DNA of 64,000 nucleotides from Octopus vulgaris (lineage: Eukaryota): the NCBI GenBank assembly GCA_951406725.2, contig OX597832.1:29078001-29142000 (forward strand). Reading direction: 5' to 3'. How positions within the stretch are numbered: position 1 is the stretch's first letter; every line of letters begins with the position of its first letter. The position numbers were made by a program, and so were the translations under genes. The notes under the pieces are model-generated. The model saw nothing but the letters and a program-made list of their open reading frames with translations. It was not told the DNA's origin and searched no databases. Positions 54,853 to 64,000 of this stretch are shown in pieces.

Positions 54853-56140
54853 TATTTCTTTATTGCCCACAAGGGGCTAAATACAGAGGAGACAAACAAG
54901 GACAGACAAACGGATTAAGTCGATTACATTGACATCCGAAAGGATGAAAAGCAAAGTCGACCTCGCGGAATTTGAACTCAGAACGTAGCGGCAGACGAAA
55001 TACCTATTTCTTTACTACCTACAGGGGGCTAAACACAGAGAGGACAAACAAGGACAAACAGACGGATTAAGTCGATTATATCGACCCCAGTGCGTAACTG
55101 GTACTTAATTCATCGACCCCGAAAGGATGAAAGGCAAAGTCGACCCCGAAAGGATGAAAGGCCAAGTCGACCTCGGCGGAATTTGAACTCAAAACGTAGC
55201 GGCAGACGAAATACCTATTTCTTTACTACCCACAAGGGGCTAAACACAGAGAGGACAAGCAAGAACAGACAGATGGATAAAAGGCAAAGTCAACCTCGGC
55301 GGAATTTGAACTCAGAACGTAGCGGCAGACGAAATACCTATTTCTTTACTACCCACAAGGGGCTAAACACAGAGAGGACAAACAAGGACAAACAGACGGA
55401 TTAAGTCGATTACATTGACCCCAGTGCGTAACTGGTACTTAATTCATCGACCCCGAAAGGATGAAAGGCAAAGTCGACCCCGAAAGGATGAAAGGCAAAG
55501 TCGACCTCGGCGGAATTTGAACTCAAAACGTAGCGGCAGACGAAATACCTATTTCTTTACTACCCACAAGGGGCTAAACACAGAGGAAACAAACAAAGAC
55601 AGACAGACGGATTAAGTCGATTATATCGACCCCAGTGCGTAACTGGTACTTAATTTATCGATCCCGAAAGGATGAAAAGCAAAGTCGACCTCGGCGGAAT
55701 TTGAACTCAGAACGTAACGGCAGACGAAATACCTATTTCTTTATTACCCACAAGGGGCTAAACACAGAAGGGACAAACAAAGACAGACAGACGGATTAAG
55801 TCGATTATATCGACCCAAGTGCGTAATTGGTACATAATTTATCGACCCCGAAAGGATGAAAGGCAAAGTCGACCTCGGCGGAATTTGAACTCAGAACGTA
55901 GCGGCGGACGAAATACCACAAAACATTTCGTCCGGCGTACTAACGTTTCTTATTTCTTTACAAAGAGGGGACAAACAAGGACAGACAAACGGATTAAGTC
56001 GATTACATCTTATTTAATCGATCTCGAAAGGATGAAAGGCAAAGTCGACGTCGACGGAATTTGAACTCAGAACGTAGCGGTGGACGAAATACCACAATGC
56101 ATTTCGCCCGGCGTGCTAACGTTTCGGCCAGCTCGCCACC
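54853..56140 (-). mobile_element. SINE family B stack of about seven modules nested in the mariner
   Basis: tatttcttta module ends at ~54853, 55005, 55216, 55339, 55550, 55734, 55951; one complete head at 56138. Confidence 0.93.
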
Positions 56141-56277
56141 TTCATACACATTAACTCTCGTCCACAATGTCATCTCCACAAACAACTTGTAACCTTCTGT
56201 AGATGTCACACAGCTCTCAGCCCTCTTTCGTCAAGAACTTAACGACAGCATATTGGTCTTCTGTATGGAACCCATTA
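56141..56277 (-). pseudogene. Mariner transposase N-terminal remnant
   Basis: EDQYAVVKFLTKEG*ELCDIYRRLQVVCGD..RVNVYE resembles mariner HTH1 (QR.VIKFL..EG....IHRRL..VYG...VYEW). Confidence 0.72.
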
Positions 56278-56444
56278 TTCACCGCAATTAAAGAAGAACA
56301 AGAAGCAGAGTTTGGGCAATTAGAACGGTCGATGTCAGTTCATAAAAAACTTTATGTCCATTTCTGCCTTCCTTTCGGTCCGATCGACGTATATTATCTC
56401 AGTTTTATGACCGTTTGTTAGCAGTTTACTGTATTAACGCATGT

Positions 56445-56832
56445 AGAGGCGCAATGGCCCAGTGGTTAGGGAAGCGGACTCGCGGTCATAGGATCGCCGT
56501 TTCGATTCCCAGACCGGGCGTTGTGAGTGTTTATTGAGCGAAAACACCTAAAGCTCCACGAGGCCCCGGCAGGGATGGTGGTGGTGATCCCTGCTGTACT
56601 CTTTCACCACAACTTTCTCTCACTCTTACTTCCTGTTTCTGTTGTACCTGTAATTCAAAGGGCCAGCCTTGTCACTCTCTGTGTCACGCTAAATATCCCC
56701 GAGAATTACGTTAAGGGTGCACGTGTCTGTGGAGTGCTCAGCCACTTACACGTTAATTTCACGAGCAGGCTGTTCCGTTGATTCGGATCAACCGGAACCC
56801 TCGTCGTCGTAACCGACGGAGTGCTTCCATCC
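56445..56832 (+). mobile_element. SINE family C, tail variant 4, with TSD
   Basis: attaacgc at 56433-56440 and 56833-56840. Confidence 0.93.
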
Positions 56833-57039
56833 ATTAACGCCTACTGCTTACCCTGCGTCTACAACATTTCTGCCGTCTCTGGTGTCATTCCAGTGTTTTC
56901 TCAGTTGCATAGACTAAGCTTCACGTAAGTTGCGCTATTTCGTTGTATGGTGTTTGTGTAGCGTACGTGTTGTGAGGTTTGTGCTATTAGCTGCTGGCTG
57001 TAGATTTATATAAGTGTTTGTAGGGTATATATTGCTTAT

Positions 57040-57423
57040 GGAGGCGCAATGGCCCAGTGGTTAGAGCAGCGGACTCGCGGTCATAGGATCGCAGTTTCGA
57101 TTCCCAGACCGGGCGTTGTGAGTGTTTATTGAGTGAAAACACCTAAAGCTCCACGAGGCTCCAGCAGGGGATGGTGGTGATCCCTGCTGTACGCTTTCAC
57201 CACAACTTTCTCTCACTCTTACTTCCTGTTTCTGTTGTACCTGTATTTCAAAGGGCCGGCCTTGTCACTCTCTGTGTCACGCTGAATATCCCCGAGAACT
57301 ACATTAAGGGTGCACGTGTCTGTGGAGTGCTCAGCCACTTACACGTTAATTTCACGAGCAGGCTGTTCCGTTGATTCGGATCAACCGGAACCCTCGTCGT
57401 CGTAACCGACGGAATGCTTCCAT
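57040..57423 (+). mobile_element. SINE family C, tail variant 4
   Basis: Near-identical to 56445-56832. Confidence 0.93.
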
Positions 57424-57626
57424 GTTGTGCCATTGAATTAAACGTGTGTCGAATATTAATGTGTATAGCACGGCTAAATTTCGAACTGTCTGTCGAAACC
57501 CCAGTAGATTTTTTTTTTATTGTACCCCAGGCTTCATTATTAATGGTGCGATCTTCACTTTCGTACCCCTGACAGTTTCTCTGGGGTTTACTTTAATCTT
57601 TTTATTTGTCAGTCTGAACAGTTATA

Positions 57627-58076
57627 GGATCTTTTCGGTTTGAACGGCAGTTTTTTCTAGCGTTGTCATATGAAATTGTCACCCATAATTATGACCCTAG
57701 TATCGATCTATTGCATTTCAATCTGTTTTAGGGTTAGGGTTAGTTAAGGTTAGCTAGGATTAGTTAGGGTTAGGGTTAGGGATGGGGGGAAGGGTGTCTT
57801 TTTTCTTCACAAATGTAAATAAACCCAATCTGTTTCTTAAACGAGGGACATATTCATACGGCACAGAATGTTTTTTACCTCAATACACGTCATCGGTTGG
57901 TTGAAATTGCAGAAATTGAAGAAAAACAACAAATATCTTACAAACTATAGAATTTTCTCAATAAAGCCAAGAGAAAAAGATGTTTTATAAACACATTCTA
58001 CCAGTATACGAAGTTTAAAAGTGTTTAGTTAGGTGGAAATTATTTTAAAAAACTGCCGGTCAAACCGAAAAGATCC
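57627..58076. mobile_element. 450-bp TIR element (MITE) with internal TTAGGG-like repeats
   Basis: 30-bp TIRs ggatcttttcggtttgaacggcagtttttt / aaaaaactgccggtcaaaccgaaaagatcc (1 mismatch); ttagggttaggg tract 57728-57781. Confidence 0.88.
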
Positions 58077-58682
58077 TTCGTTTTCACTGAGAAAGTGTCG
58101 ACATATTACCTCACGGACATACAGTTGTATCTATAAATATCTTCGGTGTTGACAAAAAATGAGCAGCCCGAAACAAGGGTCTGGACGTTCGTCTCCTTCA
58201 ATGAGTTACTACACTTGGAATTAATATATTTCTTCATATTTTCGCATTGTAGTTGTCTTGAAATATCGATTCTTTGCAGACTAAATATGTTTCTAGATTT
58301 AACCCAGAAATTTTGAACTTTGATTCATTTTCTTTCTGGTTTACTCCTTCTCTTTCGAGTCATGCAGAGTATTGACCAAGGAATGGTCTTTGCGTAGAAT
58401 ATTCTACATTTCTTGTTTTGTATATTTTAGAATTCCGTTTTCGTATTCTCTTTTGTAGTTGTTTTTTTTTTTAACGTTTCTCTTGTTTTGCTTTTCTCTA
58501 AACCATTTTATTTTTTCGATATAGTAAGTTACTAGTTTCTACTTGAGTTTCTTTTACAGAGAAATAAAAATATTTTTCCACAGTTTCCTTCATTTCATTT
58601 CTCATTTTCCTTTTGCTTCTAAGTATTTTTGTAGTCATACTATCATTACTTTGTAGTCGCTCTCAATTTGTGTCACACACCG

Positions 58683-58738
<56 letters not shown>

Positions 58739-58965
58739 CTGTTATTGGGGTTTTTTTTCACAAAATACCCTTAAATCGTGTGCCATAATTTCTGGACGAT
58801 GAACCTGTTATGTCGCACGTTCGGATGACCTCTACTCAACTCACTCTCTACTCTGACTGCTACTCAACTCTTTTCGACTCTGCTCTCACCGCCACTCTGC
58901 TACTACTCTACTTCTGCTCTCTACCCTGACGTCTAGACTTCTCCCTCTATACCTACGTATTTGGA

Positions 58966-59377
58966 AGGCGAGGTGGCAGAAACGTTAGCACGCCGGGCGA
59001 AATGCTTTGCGGTATTTCGTCTGCGTTACGTTGTGAGTTCAAATTCGGCCGAGGTCGACTTTGCCTTTCATCCTTCGGGGTCGATAAATAAAAGTACCAG
59101 TTTCGCACTGGGGTCGATGTAATCGACTTAATCCATTTGTCTGTCCTTGTTTGTTCCCTCTATGTTTAGCCCCTTGTGGGTAATAAAGAAATAGGTATTT
59201 CGTCTGCCGTTGCATTCTGAGTTCAAATTCCGCCGAGGTCGACTTTGCCTTTCATCCTTTCGGGGTCGATAAATTAAGTACCAGTTACGCACTGGGGTCG
59301 ATATAATCGACTTAATCCGTTTGTCTGTCCTTGTTTGTCCCCTCTGTGTTTAGCCCCTTGTGGGTGGTAAAGAAATA
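58966..59377 (+). mobile_element. SINE family B, one head plus two modules, single TSD
   Basis: tatacctacgtatt at 58948-58961 and 59378-59391. Confidence 0.93.
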
Positions 59378-59807
59378 TATACCTACGTATTGGGCTAGCC
59401 TACTTCATCGTCTGGGGGCGTCCTCACAACATAACCACACTGCCCATAGACCCGCGACCCCGAAAACCAATAAATACACATGAGAATACGGGGAATCAGT
59501 CGACCAATTGGTTACAAATCAAATCAAAAACGAAAATATCGACAGCACATGCACGATCGGCTGTTAACCCCTCATATTTTCTATCAGTCAATTACACTTG
59601 TTGAACAACGAGTGTGATTAGCAAATGAGTGTGTAAGGGTGACATGGGATTTTAAGGCCTGCGATAAAAAGGGCTGATAGTATGTGAAAAATTGAGTCTT
59701 CACGTTTTTAAACTTAACTGTCACGATACAAAAAAAAAAAATAATCTCGCGGTCGAAAATCGTTAAAGTATCGGAAAAATTAAGTCATGGTATTTGTGCC
59801 GACGTGG

Positions 59808-60190
59808 TGGCGAGCTGGCAGAAACGTTAGCACGCCGGGCGAAATGCTTAGCGGTATTTCGTCTGCCGTTGCGTTCTGAGTTCAAATTTGCCTTTCATCC
59901 TTTCGGGGTCGATAAATTAAGTACCAGTTGCGCACTGGGGTCGATGTAATCGACTTAATCCGTTTGTCTGTCCTTGTTTTGTCCTCTCTGTGTTTAGCCC
60001 CTTGTGGGTAGTAAAGAAATAGGTATTTTATCTGTCTTTACGTTCTGAGTTCAAATTCCGCCGAGGTCGACTTTGCATTTCATCCTTTCGGGATCAATAA
60101 AATTAGTAACGGTTATGCACTGGAGTCGATGTAAATCGACTTAATTCCTTCCCCTAAATTTGAGGCCTTGTGCTACCAGTAGAAAGGATT
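59808..60190 (+). mobile_element. SINE family B, one head plus two modules
   Basis: Joint aaagaaataggtatttt at ~60020; second module has the alternative tail then (TTA)n. Confidence 0.9.
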
Positions 60191-60194
60191 ATTA

Positions 60195-60243
<49 letters not shown>

Positions 60244-60567
60244 CTTATTTCAATCCTGCCTCCATTTCTTGCCGAGTGTCTTCTCGACACCTAGGGCGGA
60301 GAAACGCATTGTATTCATTAAAATAAACACACCAGATTGTTCATTTACAAAGTCATGTGATAGAGGAAAAGGGAAACAAAGACAGACAGAAAAAGGGGGA
60401 AAAAAAAGGAAAAAAGTAAACAAAGAAAATAAAGAAGAAAAAAAAGGAAAGAAAATTCACAGCAACAATGTTCTTCTCAAGACGTGTGACGTAACGCCAG
60501 TTAAGACAATCTTTTGCACTTCCTGCATGGATTCTAAGCCAGGGATCATCATCATCACCATTACCAT

Positions 60568-60985
60568 AGGCGCAGGAGTGGCTGTTTGGTAAGTAGCTTG
60601 CTAATCAACCACATGGTTCCGGGTTCAGTCCCACTGCGTGGCATCTTGGGCACGTGTCTTCTGCTATAGCCCCGGGCCGACCAATGCCTTGTGAGTGGAT
60701 TTGGTAGACGGAAACTGAAAGAAGCCTGTTGTATATATGTATATATATATAAGTGTGTGTGAATATGTTTGTGTGTTTGTGTGATTGTCCCCCTAGCATT
60801 GCTTGACAACCGATGCTGGTGTGTTTACGTCCCCGTAACTTAGCGGTTCGGCAAAAGAGACCGATAGAATAAGTACTGGGCTTACAAAGAATAAGTCCCG
60901 GGGTCGATTTGCTCGACTAAAGGCGGTGCTCCAGCATGGCCGCAGTCAAATGACTGAAACAAGTAAAAAGAGAAAAAAGAGTAAA
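60568..60985 (+). mobile_element. SINE family A, full length
   Basis: aggcgcaggagtggctgtttgg...gactgaaacaagtaaaaag. Confidence 0.93.
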
Positions 60986-61001
60986 ATTATTATTATTATT
61001 A

Positions 61002-61063
<62 letters not shown>

Positions 61064-61256
61064 CTGAAGACTGTGTGACGTTCTCAAAATGGCTGGCTCC
61101 ATTTTGGAATTCTTGTTAAATTTCTTTTCCCTCCATCAAAAACACGGTTTCAAATATTCTCCATTAAAACTGATGAATACAGCCTCGTTTTCGCCATCGC
61201 TGATTTCCTGTTTTGTCTCTCGCTAACCAATGAGCATTGAGTACTGTTTCTATGGC

Positions 61257-62081
61257 TGTGTGTACGTGTGCATGTGTGTGCATGTGCGTGTGTATGTGTG
61301 TGTGCATATGTGTATATATATATATGTGTGTGTGTGAGTGTGGGGGTACGTGTGTGTGTATATGTGTGTGTATATATGCGTGATTGTGTGTACGTGTGTG
61401 TACGTGTGTGTGTACGTGTGTATATGCGTGTGTACGCGTGTATGTGTGTACGTTTGTGTGTGTACGTGCGTGTGTACGTGTGTGTGTACGTGTGAGTGTG
61501 TGTACGTGTGTGTATGTGTGTACGTGTGCGTGTAAGTGTGTCTGTGTGTTTACGCGTGTATGTGCGTGCGAGTGTGTACATGAGTGTGCGTGTGAGTGTG
61601 TACGTGTGAGTATGTGTACATGTGTGTGTGTGCGTGTGAGTGTGTACGTGTGTATGTGCGTGTATGTGTTTGTATGTATGTGCATGTATGAGTGTAAATG
61701 CATGAGTATGCGCGTGTATGTATATTTACGTATATGTATGTATATTTATAAATATATGTGTGTGTGTGTATGTATATGCATGCGTGTGTATATATATGAA
61801 TGTATGTATATGCATGTATACACACGCGTGCAGCTTCATGGTGCTTACTGTACAGGTTTATATATATGTGTATGTATGTATGCGAATGTTTGTCTCTTTC
61901 TGTGTGTGTGTGTGTGCATATGCGCGTGTGTGAGTGTGTGTGAGTGTATAAATGTATGTCTACATGTATATGTGTATATATATATTTGTGTATGTTTGTA
62001 TGTATGTGCTGCTTCAATTTGGAAGCAACAGATCGCTGAGCTTTCCAACTATTGTCTGTAACTGAAGAACCACACACACAT

Positions 62082-62116
<35 letters not shown>

Positions 62117-62220
62117 TACACGCAAATTTAAATGTGCACACGCACATACATAAAACACAGTTGTATATGCACACACGCACATACACACACACTCACACAC
62201 ACACACACATACACTATGTG
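61257..62220. repeat. Degenerate (TG)/(TACGTG)/(CA) simple repeats
   Basis: Direct reading. Confidence 0.9.
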
Positions 62221-62408
62221 CACAGGTTCATATATTTACGTACAAGCAAACGTAGACATACACACTGATCCACGCACATGCGCACAAATAAAAAGAACGC
62301 AGCTCGGATAACGGACAGAGTCAATGACCATTGAATAGGTTGCAAGACAAAACGGACATTTTAGGACAGAATAAATAAGTAAATGAGTGGAAATCGAACC
62401 AGTGCGTG

Positions 62409-62592
62409 TAGGAGTGGCTGTGTGGTAAGTAGCTTGCTTACCAGCCACATGGTTCCGGGTTCAGTCCCACTGCGTGGCACCTCGGGCAAGCTTCGGGGCG
62501 ACCAGAGCCTTGAGAGTGGATTTGGTAGACGGAAACTGAAAGAAGCCCGTCGTATATACATATATGTGTGTGTGTGTTTGTGTGTATGTGTG

Positions 62593-62627
<35 letters not shown>

Positions 62628-62665
62628 GTATTTATGTGTGTGTGTGTGTTTATGTGTGTGTGTGT
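62409..62665 (+). mobile_element. SINE family A 5' half
   Basis: ggagtggctgtgtggtaagtagcttgc...gaagcccgtcgtata then (TG)n. Confidence 0.9.
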
Positions 62666-62724
62666 ATTTACAGATGTTCCCTGTATTCCAATATTTACAT
62701 TGCACACACATACACATTCTCCCT

Positions 62725-62799
62725 TCATCATCGTCGTCGACGTCGTCATCATCGTCATCATCATCATCATCATTGTCATCGTCATCATCGTCATCATCG

Positions 62800-62834
<35 letters not shown>

Positions 62835-62898
62835 GTCATCATCATCATCATATTCATCACCATCATCATCATTGTCATCGTCATCATCGTCATCATCG

Positions 62899-62930
<32 letters not shown>

Positions 62931-62931
62931 G

Positions 62932-62965
<34 letters not shown>

Positions 62966-63003
62966 TGTCATCGTCATCATCGTCATCATCGTCATCATCA
63001 TCG

Positions 63004-63059
<56 letters not shown>

Positions 63060-63116
63060 GTCATCATCATCATCATATTCATCACCATCATCATCGTTGT
63101 CATCATCATCATCATC

Positions 63117-63148
<32 letters not shown>

Positions 63149-63158
63149 CGTCATCGTT
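62725..63158. repeat. (TCA)n/(TCG)n trinucleotide repeat with higher-order units
   Basis: catattcatcaccat variant occurs twice; cattgtcatcgtc three times. Confidence 0.95.
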
Positions 63159-63564
63159 GTAGCGCTGGTGTTCCTCTTTTTCCTTCCATAAACCTATTCG
63201 TTAGTTCTATAGAGTTGTCAACATCTCCTGCCAAATCGTTCAGCGTTCTGACGCGCACGTGCACACACGCACTACACATACACACACGCACACACACATA
63301 CACGTACACGCACACACCAGTTATGATGCACCCAGTAAACTACATTCGATCCACCCCTCCACCCTCCACCCTCCACCCGCCACCTTCTGCTGCACATTTT
63401 CCTGCACCTTCTTCCATATTTCTCCTGTTTGCATTCTCCTCTGTTGCCACCCTCTTCCCACCCCGATCACATCCACCCAGCCACCCCTTTAACCCTTTTC
63501 CCACCGTCACCACCACCACCACCCTGCTGTCATCGCTCTTTTCATCAGCCTCATCAACATCGCT

Positions 63565-63605
<41 letters not shown>

Positions 63606-63868
63606 CTCCTCCCACTTTCTCTTCTATTATTTTCCTGTTTCTTTTTCTCTGTTTCCCCCTCCTCCTGTTCCTCTCCTCTACCCACAACTCTCCTCCCCGC
63701 CCACTTCTCCTCCGCCTCTCTTTTACCAAAGAACCCACCCCACTCGCCCTCTTATACACGTACACATATACACACGCGCGAACATTCGCATACGATCCAC
63801 AATTGACACATACGCATACATACACGCATCCCTACACATACATATAGAATCATATTTATACATAAAGT

Positions 63869-63910
<42 letters not shown>

Positions 63911-64000
63911 TACACACACACATATTTACACACGAACATATACGGATTTATACACACTTGCATTCAGTCCTATGAATGAGTTCTCACTCGTAATAATCAC

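Noticed and set aside
57728-57781. True telomere or chromosome-fusion scar
   Set aside because: Short, degenerate and enclosed within a TIR element

Overview
Eukaryotic, gene-poor, extremely repeat-rich window. It is most likely an octopus/coleoid cephalopod intron or intergenic region; this is inferred from the tRNA-derived SINE families and the very high microsatellite load, not verified. No host protein-coding exon could be supported: almost all long ORFs are translations of microsatellites or SINEs. The only recognisable protein-like sequences are transposon remnants: a CR1-type LINE 3' end, a decayed mariner transposase split by a SINE array, and a hAT transposase C-terminus. The window is dominated by four tRNA-headed SINE groups (labelled A-D here), several MITEs (hAT, piggyBac-type, foldback, one carrying TTAGGG repeats, one near-perfect palindrome) and simple repeats. 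Most notable: (1) minimal type I hammerhead ribozyme motifs, one intact in a Penelope-like segment (23585-23620) and two in a head-to-head pair of a fifth, tRNA-headed element (38962-39522); (2) a 10x165-bp array of SINE Pol III heads; (3) apparent self-insertion or module stacking of the Meta-domain SINE B; (4) head/tail shuffling between SINEs C and D. All calls were made by eye; coordinates of diverged repeats are approximate.
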